Of a stretch of 64,000 nucleotides of DNA, positions 27,060 to 35,998 are shown piece after piece; position 1 is the stretch's first letter; each line of letters opens with the position of its first letter. The stretch is taken from the IMG/VR virus record IMGVR_UViG_3300008108_000013. The stretch is one strand, 5' to 3'. The notes under the pieces were generated by a model, which saw nothing but the letters and a program-made list of their open reading frames with translations, was not told the DNA's origin and did no database searches. The translations under genes and the position numbers were made by a program. The stretch is from a virus (Duplodnaviria; Heunggongvirae; Uroviricota; Caudoviricetes).

Positions 27060-27322
27060 CTAAAGAAATTAAAATTCAATTTGCACCAGGATGCTTTGAT
27101 AACTTCGAAGGTTCTCAGGAAGAGCTCGACGGACTCATTGCCGAAATACAACAGATGTTCGAAGGAAAGACTCCGGAAGAAATTGAAGCTATGAGTAATA
27201 GAATCAATCCCGACGATCTATCTGAGGAAGAATTGGCACAACTAGCCGAAGCTATGCTTGATGAGGAAGAATTGGATGAACTTGAACAAATGGGTATGCC
27301 TCGTAAAAGGAAACTGCAATGA
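27056..27322 (+). CDS. small highly acidic protein
   Basis: Glu/Asp-rich (EEELAQLAEAMLDEEELDELEQ) with a basic tail PRKRKLQ. Confidence 0.45.
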   Translation: MTKEIKIQFAPGCFDNFEGSQEELDGLIAEIQQMFEGKTPEEIEAMSNRINPDDLSEEELAQLAEAMLDEEELDELEQMGMPRKRKLQ

Positions 27323-27882
27323 TCACTCTTAAAGAATATCTAGAAGCAATTGATTATAAAATCACCGAAGGCTCCGACTACGGTTGGGGTTGTTACGGCC
27401 CAAATGCGAGATACCTAGACTCATATAAAGAAGATCGGTATAGCATTAGTGCTATCTTTGATAGCCAAAACCAATTTGTCTACGCTGTTGAATTATGGGA
27501 TTATGTAAACCATCGAGAATATCGTTGGCAACATCCTAATTACAAGGAAGAATATCTAGCCGAATCTAAAGAGAGAGGTATTGATCCAACAGAATCGCTT
27601 GACGACAGTAAGTTCATCGATTTGGACGTAACAGAAGATATTCTGGAAAAGATCGCCAAAGTTGTAGCAGGAGAAGATTACGACACTCGTGTCAAAATCG
27701 AAGTTGACTTTTCAGATGAAGATCTGCTTCAATACATGAAACTAGCACACGAAATGGACATTACATTTAACGAGCTAGTTGAACGTGCTGTCAAAGCCGC
27801 AATCGACGACTTTGAGCGTGATCCAGATACATTTAAACAAAACGCAGAGAGATTTATAAATGAAAATTACCCTAGCGTCTGA
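27319..27882 (+). CDS. hypothetical acidic protein
   Basis: ORF only. Confidence 0.45.
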   Translation: MITLKEYLEAIDYKITEGSDYGWGCYGPNARYLDSYKEDRYSISAIFDSQNQFVYAVELWDYVNHREYRWQHPNYKEEYLAESKERGIDPTESLDDSKFIDLDVTEDILEKIAKVVAGEDYDTRVKIEVDFSDEDLLQYMKLAHEMDITFNELVERAVKAAIDDFERDPDTFKQNAERFINENYPSV

Positions 27883-28714
27883 TCTCCACTTAGAGTTTTC
27901 AGACTGCTACGACCTTAAAAACGAGAACAATGCGAACGTATTGATCCTTGGTGGCGACATCATGATTGCCGAGGATCTTCACGACCATCCTTATGTTCCT
28001 AGTATCTACGAATACGGTTCATTTGCTGAACTAGGTCGTAAGCAGAAGCGTGTTCAGACATTCCGTGACTTCCTGAAGCGTATGAGCAACCTGTTTCCGC
28101 ATGTTATCTATGTTGCAGGTAACCACGAATTCTATCACGGCAAGTGGGTTAAGGGTATCCAGTACCTCAGAGACGAGTGTTCCCAGTTCCCCAATGTTCA
28201 CTTCTTAGAGCGTGATTCGATTAAGATCGACGATGTTATATTTGTCGGCGGAACACTATGGACTGATATGAACAAAGGTGATCCTCTCACTCTTCATGCT
28301 GTTCGTGATATGATGAACGATTTCCGTATCATTAAAAACGATGAAAAGGGCTATACTAACCTTAAGCCTGCGGATACTGTTATTCGTCATCGCGAAACAC
28401 TGGCATACATCAAAACTGTAATTGCTGAAAAGCCAGATGAAAAGTTTGTTGTTGTAGGACACCACAGTCCAAGTCACCAAAGTATCCATGAAGGATACCG
28501 ACATGAAACTCTCATGAATGGTGCATATCATAGTGACTTGAGTGAGTTTATTTTGGATCATCCGCAGATCAAACTGTGGACACATGGCCATACTCATCAC
28601 TGTTTTGATTATGTAATAGGCGAAACTCGTGTTGTTTGTAATCCACGTGGTTACCAAAGCGATGGTTACAGCGAGAATACTGGCTGGAATCCTAATATTA
28701 TTTTGGAGGTTTAA
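27860..28714 (+). CDS. calcineurin-like metallophosphoesterase
   Basis: DLHLE, GGDIM, GNHEF, GHHSP and GHTHH metal-binding blocks. Confidence 0.75.
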   Translation: MKITLASDLHLEFSDCYDLKNENNANVLILGGDIMIAEDLHDHPYVPSIYEYGSFAELGRKQKRVQTFRDFLKRMSNLFPHVIYVAGNHEFYHGKWVKGIQYLRDECSQFPNVHFLERDSIKIDDVIFVGGTLWTDMNKGDPLTLHAVRDMMNDFRIIKNDEKGYTNLKPADTVIRHRETLAYIKTVIAEKPDEKFVVVGHHSPSHQSIHEGYRHETLMNGAYHSDLSEFILDHPQIKLWTHGHTHHCFDYVIGETRVVCNPRGYQSDGYSENTGWNPNIILEV

Positions 28715-28888
28715 ATGACAGAAGAAAAGAAAGTAGTAACTGTAACTGAAATGCTACGACAGACAGGCAATAACACTGCCTTCTTTCTAGGTAAGGTTGC
28801 AGAACATATTGAACAGTTGGAGAGCGAGATCGCTCAACTTCGTAAACGTGTCGAAGAATTAGAAAATGAACGTTCAGACAACATTTAA
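28715..28888 (+). CDS. small coiled-coil hypothetical protein (57 aa)
   Basis: Not in the ORF track. MTEEKKVV...LESEIAQLRKRVEELENE. Overlaps the start of 28866. Confidence 0.3.
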   Translation: MTEEKKVVTVTEMLRQTGNNTAFFLGKVAEHIEQLESEIAQLRKRVEELENERSDNI

Positions 28889-29162
28889 CGAAAAAGAGCT
28901 TAAACTCTTTAAACGCTGGCTCAAAGGCTGTCTTGCCTTTGGGCCGGTCACTGTTACCTTTACTAAAAAAGACGGCAGTGAAAGAATCATGGAGTGTACG
29001 ACAGCACTATCACTAGTACCTGAAGATGCGGCTGATCCTATGATTCCTAAAAGAGAAAAGAAAGTCAACGAAGAAGTATGTCCTGTTTATGACATTGAAT
29101 CCAAGGCTTGGCGCAGTTTTCGTTGGGATAGTATCAAACAAGTTAGACTGGAAATTAAATGA
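28866..29162 (+). CDS. hypothetical protein
   Basis: ORF only. Confidence 0.4.
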   Translation: MNVQTTFNEKELKLFKRWLKGCLAFGPVTVTFTKKDGSERIMECTTALSLVPEDAADPMIPKREKKVNEEVCPVYDIESKAWRSFRWDSIKQVRLEIK

Positions 29163-29557
29163 CAGCACCTCTGCGTGATGACCTAATGGTTCAACAGCAG
29201 ATTAGAAACAGTTGGGAGCATATGATCGGAGTCATTATGCTCAACCAAACTGGGCGAAAACCCGTAAAAACAGTACTACCAAACTTTCTTGATCTTTGGC
29301 CTACACCAAAAGATTTCCTAAATGCACACCATATGACTGTTAAAAAAGTAATACGTCCATTAGGAATGACCAATGTTCGATATAAAAGACTGCGTCAAAT
29401 GACCAAAGATTACTTGACGTGGGACGGTAGTGATGCTACAATGCTTTATGGAATTGGAAAATATGGTTCTGATTCTTATGAAATTTTCTTTAAGCAAAAC
29501 TATTCTGTAAAACCCACGGATAAGGAACTTATCCGATATCTGAAAGAAGAAGTATGA
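29159..29557 (+). CDS. hypothetical protein
   Basis: ORF with ATGA-type coupling to neighbours. Confidence 0.45.
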   Translation: MTAPLRDDLMVQQQIRNSWEHMIGVIMLNQTGRKPVKTVLPNFLDLWPTPKDFLNAHHMTVKKVIRPLGMTNVRYKRLRQMTKDYLTWDGSDATMLYGIGKYGSDSYEIFFKQNYSVKPTDKELIRYLKEEV

Positions 29558-30003
29558 AGATTGGACTTAGCTATAGCCGTTGCGTTCGTGACATTGTAGA
29601 AGGCAAAGTTGATATCAATGATGTTTTGGTTATTGTTGCTCGAACCGACTTCGATCCACGAGATGACATGCAATGGCAGGGTATTTGGCAGGGCTACGGT
29701 GGTGGCAGTGACGGCAATATGATGCGTGGCTTCTTTGGTGGTAGTCATCCAGAGTGGGCCGGATATACCGACGTAGACGAAGATCGTTTTCGTAGTGTTA
29801 GTATTGAACTTTGGGAATCTGGAAAATTTCACCAGCCTCGTAAATTTGGCTCACACCCACGCAGACTTCCTCATATTTGGTTAGAAACAGTTCTTCCTAG
29901 CGAAGAGCTAGACAAGAATCCAGGAATCAAAGCCGCTTGGAATAAATTCCAGACATTGGCTAGCCTGTCTAGTGTAAACCTAAATGAAGATCACAGCGTG
30001 TGA
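29554..30003 (+). CDS. hypothetical protein
   Basis: ORF only. Confidence 0.45.
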   Translation: MKIGLSYSRCVRDIVEGKVDINDVLVIVARTDFDPRDDMQWQGIWQGYGGGSDGNMMRGFFGGSHPEWAGYTDVDEDRFRSVSIELWESGKFHQPRKFGSHPRRLPHIWLETVLPSEELDKNPGIKAAWNKFQTLASLSSVNLNEDHSV

Positions 30004-30530
30004 AGACTCTACCTTTAATTCTAACTTTTTTGGCTTTTCCTGTATTAGCAGATAACTGCCGTATGCAGGAAACCAGCCAAATGACCAGCCAGCGTAAAGT
30101 CGGCGAAGTTATAAATTTGGTTAAAAATAAAAGTCATAATCGTTGCGAAGTCAAGTATCAAATAGATGTTGATGGCAAGAAACATTTGGTTTCGTGGGTA
30201 CAAACTGGCTTGTATCAGGAAGAAATACTGTGCCAAATGGCAATCCAAAATGGCACTAACGATCTATTAGTCCGATTGCCCGGAGTCTACCAAACCGAAA
30301 CCATTATCAAGTGTAAAGAAAAAACTTATCCAAAATCGATCACCAAGGGGTATGAAGGTGAAGAAATAGAATTTGGTACACACCCACAAGCACCTGGATA
30401 TCGTAGAATTGGTACAGCGTCTAACTGTAGATTCTTTATTGGTTGGACTGCAAACGGCTATTCCGAAAGAACCCAAGGCGTCATCTGCGAAAATAAAAAC
30501 AATCTTTGGACAGTTGTGGACAAGTTCTGA
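30000..30530 (+). CDS. secreted protein (signal peptide)
   Basis: MKTLPLILTFLAFPVLA signal peptide. Confidence 0.5.
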   Translation: MKTLPLILTFLAFPVLADNCRMQETSQMTSQRKVGEVINLVKNKSHNRCEVKYQIDVDGKKHLVSWVQTGLYQEEILCQMAIQNGTNDLLVRLPGVYQTETIIKCKEKTYPKSITKGYEGEEIEFGTHPQAPGYRRIGTASNCRFFIGWTANGYSERTQGVICENKNNLWTVVDKF

Positions 30531-30531
30531 C

Positions 30532-30560
30532 TTGACCTTTTTCTCTAATTGTGATATAAT
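30532..30560 (+). promoter_or_regulatory. sigma70 promoter TTGACC-17-TATAAT
   Basis: -35 at 30532-30537 and -10 at 30555-30560, upstream of the small membrane-protein operon. Confidence 0.6.
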
Positions 30561-30591
30561 AACAATATCGTAATTCGATAGAGAGGCATTT

Positions 30592-30720
30592 ATGAAGGCA
30601 TTTATTTTAGGCACTATCTTTGGTTTGGTACTAGCTACTGTTGGTTTCAGCGGTATCGCTCGTATTCTTGACCGAGGAGTTGATACAGTTAAAACACACT
30701 CACAGGAGATGGCAAAATGA
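30592..30720 (+). CDS. small membrane protein (42 aa)
   Basis: Not in the track. MKAFILGTIFGLVLATVGFSGIARIL is a single transmembrane helix. Confidence 0.4.
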   Translation: MKAFILGTIFGLVLATVGFSGIARILDRGVDTVKTHSQEMAK

Positions 30721-30851
30721 AAGTAGTATTCTCATTTATCATTGTCGGTATGCTGACAGCATGTAGTACTTCCGCTGGATTAGTTAAAGGTCTAGGAGAA
30801 GATATCAAAGCTGGTACCGACTGGACAGCTTCTAAAATCAAATCTAACTAA
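30717..30851 (+). CDS. entericidin-like small lipoprotein
   Basis: Not in the track. MKVVFSFIIVGMLTACSTSAGLVKGLGEDIKAG has a lipobox LTAC followed by a GxGEDI motif, as in EcnA/EcnB. ATGA overlap with the previous ORF. Confidence 0.55.
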   Translation: MKVVFSFIIVGMLTACSTSAGLVKGLGEDIKAGTDWTASKIKSN

Positions 30852-30861
30852 GGACAAAAAA

Positions 30862-31425
30862 ATGAAAAAGACTCTACTACTTCTACCTCTTGTAGCAGTT
30901 ATGACTGCCTGCGGCACTACTGATCCTTATGGGAAACGTGCTGACATGGAACGTGAACGTCAAGAACGCTATGTAGAACGTTCAATCGACAAGGCACCTA
31001 AGTGGATGTTTGAATTGCCTAACAGTACCAGTGCAGTTTACGAAAACGGTACTGCGGTTAGTGGTGATTGGATGATGGCTGATGCTAAAGCCAAAGCAAC
31101 CGCTTATGGCAAACTTTGTATGCTAGCCGGTGGTACTGCTAGTCAGCAGACTAAAATCTACCGTACAGATTCCGAAGCAACGTCAACTGAACTCAGTGAA
31201 CAGGCAATTAAAACTTCATGCAAGGCTGTTGACCTGACGGGTGCTGAAGTTGCCAAAGACGGAATTAAAGTTGTCCAAGAGGGCAATCGATATCGTGTAT
31301 ATGTACTAGTAGCTTTGCCTACCGGCGATGCTAACATCCTACGCAAATACAAAGATGCTCAACGTCAACGAGAAATTGCCGCACAGCGAGCACCAGAAGC
31401 ATTTAAAGAAATGGAACGTCAATGA
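30862..31425 (+). CDS. lipoprotein
   Basis: Signal peptide with lipobox VMTAC. Confidence 0.55.
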   Translation: MKKTLLLLPLVAVMTACGTTDPYGKRADMERERQERYVERSIDKAPKWMFELPNSTSAVYENGTAVSGDWMMADAKAKATAYGKLCMLAGGTASQQTKIYRTDSEATSTELSEQAIKTSCKAVDLTGAEVAKDGIKVVQEGNRYRVYVLVALPTGDANILRKYKDAQRQREIAAQRAPEAFKEMERQ

Positions 31426-31598
31426 TTAAAATTATTCTAGCATTTCTCATAGCCTTTGGTATTTGCTATTTTGGTATTAAAGGCTATAGAGATCTAACCG
31501 GCAAGGACAAATGGGCATTGACAAAACTTGTAGGATACAGTATATTCTGTAGTGTTTTAGCAATCGCTGTACTGATTGCTATTGTTATTATTTTTTAA
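31422..31598 (+). CDS. small two-TM membrane protein (58 aa)
   Basis: Not in the track. ATGA overlap with the previous gene. Two hydrophobic helices. Confidence 0.4.
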   Translation: MIKIILAFLIAFGICYFGIKGYRDLTGKDKWALTKLVGYSIFCSVLAIAVLIAIVIIF

Positions 31599-31607
31599 GG
31601 ACTTAAA

Positions 31608-32405
31608 ATGAAACGTATTTTCACTCTCTCTATTCTCGCCGCCGCAGTTCTTGCTACTGGCTGTACTCGTATCGAAACCGGTGAGGTTGGTGTACGGGTC
31701 GGTTTTGACAAACAGGTTAAACCTGGTGAACTGCTACCTGGCTCATTCAATCAAACTATCATCGGCGATGTCTTGACGTTCCCAGTCAAAGACGTTAACG
31801 TTATTCTTGAGAACATGACCCCCGTTGCTAAAGATAACAGCACCATGAAAGACTTGGATGCTGTGGTTGTTTACAACATCAATCCGCAGAGCGTAGCTGA
31901 ACTCTACAGCACCAAGAACAAGGCATTCCACGCCGAGTTCAAAGGCGACACTTATGTGATGTATAATTATGTTGTACAGAATGCTCGTAACGCTATCTAC
32001 AAAGCGGCTCGTAAGTACGAAGCATTGGACATGGCAGACAATCGTGAACCGATGGAGAAGTTTATTCAGGAAGAAATTACTCGCAATCTTGCTGAAGAAA
32101 AACTAGACGGCACTATCATGATCAGCCAAGTGTTGATCCGTAATGTTGTACCAGCAGATAGTGTCGTAGAATCAGCTAACGCTCTTGTTCGTGCTAAGAA
32201 CGAATACAAGCAGAAGGAAGTTGAAGTTCAAACAGCTAAGAAAGAAGCAGAACGTATGGCCGCGTTGGCTAATAACTCTGCTAGTTCGATCGCATTTATG
32301 AATGCACAGGCCGCATTGAATATTTCGGAAGGTATCAAGAATGGTAAGGTACAGACTATTGTTGTACCGGCTAACTTCAATGCTTTGATGTTGCCTAAAC
32401 AGTAA
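31608..32405 (+). CDS. SPFH (band-7/prohibitin/HflKC-like) domain lipoprotein
   Basis: Lipobox LATGC. SPFH-like core followed by a C-terminal coiled-coil KEVEVQTAKKEAERMAAL. Confidence 0.7.
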   Translation: MKRIFTLSILAAAVLATGCTRIETGEVGVRVGFDKQVKPGELLPGSFNQTIIGDVLTFPVKDVNVILENMTPVAKDNSTMKDLDAVVVYNINPQSVAELYSTKNKAFHAEFKGDTYVMYNYVVQNARNAIYKAARKYEALDMADNREPMEKFIQEEITRNLAEEKLDGTIMISQVLIRNVVPADSVVESANALVRAKNEYKQKEVEVQTAKKEAERMAALANNSASSIAFMNAQAALNISEGIKNGKVQTIVVPANFNALMLPKQ

Positions 32406-32944
32406 TGAAACTGTTCGGACGCACAGGCGGCTACTACCTATTCTGGACAGGCTTTGTCTACTTCTGGATAGGTATGTACCTTGCTTTCACACATGCCGCC
32501 CTCCCAGAAATTGCTACAGCATTATGGATTTGTGTTTTAGCTCTACCTTTCGTAATTCCTCCGATTGGTAGATATTTTAACTTAGATGTGAGATGGGATA
32601 TGAACTTTTTAAGTTTTTTAGGATTTGGAAAAATGGTCAAAGACGGTGCAGATGTTTTAGAGTTTCCTAAGCCAAAAGCAGTTCCTCCGATGCCAGAAGT
32701 GCAACCTCCTGCTCCAAAAGAAGAACCTGCTAAAGTTTTTTATCGCCTTGGACTAACTGATAACAATCGAGTTGCGTTTCATATGGGCTATAGTGAAATT
32801 ACCATGAACAAAGATGGCTGTCAACAAATGATTGATCAGATTGCTTTCTTCCAAAGTCAATTATACGACGAAGGTGGTCCAAGTGACGACCCAGATGGAG
32901 GATTGCCGGTGCCAGAAGAAGTTGAAAATAAAAAGGCGGCGTAA
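32405..32944 (+). CDS. membrane protein with Pro-rich linker (possible SPFH partner)
   Basis: Two TM helices, a PPMPEVQPPAPKEEP linker and ATGA coupling to the SPFH gene. Confidence 0.45.
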   Translation: MKLFGRTGGYYLFWTGFVYFWIGMYLAFTHAALPEIATALWICVLALPFVIPPIGRYFNLDVRWDMNFLSFLGFGKMVKDGADVLEFPKPKAVPPMPEVQPPAPKEEPAKVFYRLGLTDNNRVAFHMGYSEITMNKDGCQQMIDQIAFFQSQLYDEGGPSDDPDGGLPVPEEVENKKAA

Positions 32945-33132
32945 TGAGTGGACGTGGAATTATAATGCAAGAACCCGATACTGTTTGCGAACTGTGCGGG
33001 AAAATTGATGAGTGTAGGCCTTATGGCGCAAACGATGAACAAATCTGTTTTGATTGTGCTATGGCTACACCCGAATCACAGGCCATTGCTGAAAAGAAAA
33101 TGGCTAGATATATTTTTGGAGAAGAAGAATAA
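32944..33132 (+). CDS. small zinc-ribbon protein
   Basis: CELCGK...CFDC. Confidence 0.35.
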   Translation: MSGRGIIMQEPDTVCELCGKIDECRPYGANDEQICFDCAMATPESQAIAEKKMARYIFGEEE

Positions 33133-33752
33133 TGCCTCGTTTAGTACCTACTATTATTGAAAAAGAAGCACACGGCGAACGTGCCTATGACATTTACAGT
33201 CGATTACTCAAGGATCGTATTGTTATGCTAGATTCAGATGTTGATGAACACATGTCTAGCCTAATTGTAGCACAACTACTATTTTTGGAAAGCCAAGGTA
33301 ATGAAGATATTAACTTCTTCATTAATAGCCCGGGCGGTAGTGTAACAGCAGGATTGGCTATCTATGATACCATGCAGTTTATCAAACCAGACATCGCAAC
33401 CTATGTTGTAGGTCAAGCCGCAAGTATGGGCTCATTTTTGTCCCAAGCAGGCACTCCAGGTAAAAGGTTTGTCTTGCCCGAAAGCCGGACAATGATCCAT
33501 CGTGTTAGTTCAGGTACTCCGGGTACCCGTGGTAGTGTTCATGTACAAGAGCTACAGTTTGAAGATGCTGTACGGGCTATGGAAGAGTCAAAAAGACTGA
33601 ATAAACGACTAACCGAACTATATGTTAAGCACAATACTAAGGGTAAAACCTACGAAGAACTGTTCGATACTATGAAATTTGACACATTTTTAAGTGCCGA
33701 AGAAGCAGTAAACTACGGTTTAGCGGACAAAGTTATAACTCAACGTCCTTGA
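33132..33752 (+). CDS. clpP: ATP-dependent Clp protease proteolytic subunit ClpP
   Basis: ERAYDIYSRLLKDRIVML N-terminus, GQAASMGS (catalytic Ser) and MIHRV (His). Full-length cellular-type ClpP. Confidence 0.85.
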   Translation: MPRLVPTIIEKEAHGERAYDIYSRLLKDRIVMLDSDVDEHMSSLIVAQLLFLESQGNEDINFFINSPGGSVTAGLAIYDTMQFIKPDIATYVVGQAASMGSFLSQAGTPGKRFVLPESRTMIHRVSSGTPGTRGSVHVQELQFEDAVRAMEESKRLNKRLTELYVKHNTKGKTYEELFDTMKFDTFLSAEEAVNYGLADKVITQRP

Positions 33753-33776
33753 GTTCTTTTGGGTTTTCTGCTATAG

Positions 33777-33784
33777 TATAAATA
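33777..33784 (+). promoter_or_regulatory. T4-type late promoter TATAAATA
   Basis: Exact TATAAATA 25 nt upstream of the GTG start of the second ClpP gene. Confidence 0.45.
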
Positions 33785-33809
33785 TACGCAGATAATCAAA
33801 GGGCCCATC

Positions 33810-34385
33810 GTGAAAAAACTAGAGGATTTTTCCGCTTCAGATCGTATTGATGTAAAATTACTCGAAAATCATACGCATTTCCTAGTAGGCGAAATTGACG
33901 AAAATAATGTCAACGAATGTATCAAATGGATAACCTACGAAAGTTTTGATACTAAAGAAAAAACGATAACTCTGTACATTAATTCAACAGGTGGTGATCT
34001 TTACCAAGCATTTGCCCTTATTGATGTGATGCAGAACAGTCATCATCCTATACGTGTTATAGGTATCGGTGCTGTGATGAGTGCGGCATTTTTAATATTT
34101 GCTAGCGGAACTAAGGGCGAAAGATTTGCCGCTCCAAACACTAGTTTTATGTGTCATCAGTTTTCGGCAGGCGTTGAAGCCAAATATCACGATATCAAAG
34201 CCGAAATGAAAGAAAATGAATCTCTTAACACTAAGATGGTTCAAATTCTAAAAGAAGCCACAGGACTAGCACCTTCCAAAATTAAGTCTAAACTACTTCC
34301 AGCCAGCGATGTTTATCTAACAGCCGACGAAGTTGTAGAATTGGGTGTTGCAGATTACGTCCTCGGTGTTGAAGACGAAGAATAA
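33810..34385 (+). CDS. ClpP paralog (second proteolytic subunit)
   Basis: Aligns with ClpP. GAVMSAAF has Ser in the catalytic position and MCHQF has His. GTG start. Divergent from the first copy. Confidence 0.65.
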   Translation: MKKLEDFSASDRIDVKLLENHTHFLVGEIDENNVNECIKWITYESFDTKEKTITLYINSTGGDLYQAFALIDVMQNSHHPIRVIGIGAVMSAAFLIFASGTKGERFAAPNTSFMCHQFSAGVEAKYHDIKAEMKENESLNTKMVQILKEATGLAPSKIKSKLLPASDVYLTADEVVELGVADYVLGVEDEE

Positions 34386-34388
34386 GTC

Positions 34389-34417
34389 TTGACAATTTTT
34401 CCTTAAGAAACTATAAT
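34389..34417 (+). promoter_or_regulatory. perfect-consensus sigma70 promoter TTGACA-17-TATAAT
   Basis: -35 at 34389-34394 and -10 at 34412-34417, 30 nt upstream of the DNA ligase ATG. Confidence 0.65.
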
Positions 34418-34446
34418 AATAACATTATAGTTAACTAGGATTCAAA

Positions 34447-35766
34447 ATGAAATTTCCATGGGAAGTTATTAGCGATTTAGAATCTGACAATAGCCGTTTG
34501 GCTAAAGAAGATGTTGTACAGAGAGAAGCAGTTGCAGGTAACAATGTTTTTTTTGAAGGCTGTCGATTGGCCCTAGATCCAATGATCACTTTTGGTCTTA
34601 AACAAATACCGGAGAAAAAAGATGAAGATGGCCCTGGCTTACCTTGGGATGGTTTTAATAGTGTTGTTCAGCGTCTACGTGATCGTAAGCTCACCGGTAA
34701 CGTTGCCCGTAGTGCCGTTGACACGTTGATGAATACTGCGACTAAGTCGCAATGGAACAATTGGTATCGTCGTATCCTTATCAAGGACTTGCGTTGTGGT
34801 ACTAGCGAAAAAACCATCAACAAAGTTGTAGAAAAGAAATGGCCAGAGTATTCAGTTCCTATTTTTAGTTGTCAGCTTGCTCACGATAGTGCTAATCACG
34901 AGAGCAAGGTTTCTGGACGTAAACTTATCGAAGTTAAACTCGATGGTGTTCGCGTTCTTACTATTGTTCGTACAGATGGTCGCGTTGAGCAGTTTAGTCG
35001 TAATGGTAAAGAGCTAGTAAACTTTGAACACATTACTAAGCAAATTAGCGAAGTCGTAAAGAAGGATCCTCCTAAATACGATCTTGTCTTAGACGGCGAA
35101 GTTATGTCTAGTAGTTTCCAAGACTTGATGAAGCAAGTACATCGCAAAAGTGATGTAGCCGCAAATGATGCTGTACTACATTTATTCGACCTTTGTCCCT
35201 TGGACAAGTTCCAGGAAGGATCTTGGGATAAAGATCAAGAAACTCGTAGTGCTTATGTTAAAGCCTGGATAGAAAAACATCAAGCAGATTTACCTAATGT
35301 TGCCTGTTTAACGTTCGAAGATGTAGATCTAGACACTGATATAGGCAAAAAACGATTTAAAGAAATTAATCAAAAGGCTATTGACGGTGGCTACGAAGGC
35401 ATTATGATTAAAGATCCTAATGCTGGTTATGAATGTAAACGTAGTGTGGCTTGGCTCAAGCTGAAACCGTTTATCGAAGTAAGCCTTGATGTTGTTGCCG
35501 TAGAAGAAGGCACTGGTCGTAATGTAGGTAAACTTGGTGCTTTAGTTTGTGAAGGTGTAGATGATGGAAAGTCGATACGAGTTAATGTTGGCAGTGGGTT
35601 TAGTGATGACCAGCGCAGTGGTTTTTGGAATTTTAAAGAAGACTGTGTGGGTATGGTTGCGGAAGTACGTGCAGATGCTATCACGCAAAATCAAGATGGC
35701 AGTTATTCGTTACGGTTTCCCAGGTTTTTACGTTTTAGGGGGCTCACACATGGCGAGAAAATATAA
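34447..35766 (+). CDS. ATP-dependent DNA ligase
   Basis: Motif I KLDGVR (KxDG). Nucleotidyltransferase and OB-domain length of 439 aa. Confidence 0.8.
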   Translation: MKFPWEVISDLESDNSRLAKEDVVQREAVAGNNVFFEGCRLALDPMITFGLKQIPEKKDEDGPGLPWDGFNSVVQRLRDRKLTGNVARSAVDTLMNTATKSQWNNWYRRILIKDLRCGTSEKTINKVVEKKWPEYSVPIFSCQLAHDSANHESKVSGRKLIEVKLDGVRVLTIVRTDGRVEQFSRNGKELVNFEHITKQISEVVKKDPPKYDLVLDGEVMSSSFQDLMKQVHRKSDVAANDAVLHLFDLCPLDKFQEGSWDKDQETRSAYVKAWIEKHQADLPNVACLTFEDVDLDTDIGKKRFKEINQKAIDGGYEGIMIKDPNAGYECKRSVAWLKLKPFIEVSLDVVAVEEGTGRNVGKLGALVCEGVDDGKSIRVNVGSGFSDDQRSGFWNFKEDCVGMVAEVRADAITQNQDGSYSLRFPRFLRFRGLTHGEKI

Positions 35767-35998
35767 TATTCGGCGTTCGATGCACAAGGACATGCTCTAC
35801 GGAGCATTACTTGAGTTGGTACAAAATCAACGTGTTTGGCACGAAAGCTCTGTAAGTCCAGAGTATAGCCACTTGACGGAAGAAGGTAAAGACGCTATCA
35901 TACATATTGTTGAAGAAATGTTTAGAGGATTGCAGACAATTCACAAACAAGAAATTAAAGAAGAAGCAAAGAAACAAACAATGGAGGCATTAAAGTGA
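35750..35998 (+). CDS. hypothetical protein
   Basis: Internal ATG MARKYNI of track ORF 35561..35998. The upstream part lies inside the ligase gene. Confidence 0.35.
   Translation: MARKYNIRRSMHKDMLYGALLELVQNQRVWHESSVSPEYSHLTEEGKDAIIHIVEEMFRGLQTIHKQEIKEEAKKQTMEALK

Noticed and set aside
34896-35684. Minus-strand ORFs inside the DNA ligase gene
   Set aside because: They are antisense to a gene with a clear KxDG ligase motif. The translations are Ser/Thr/Pro-rich and meaningless.
35561-35749. Upstream part of track ORF 35561..35998
   Set aside because: This part lies within the ligase coding region in another frame. Only the portion from ATG 35750 is kept as a candidate gene.
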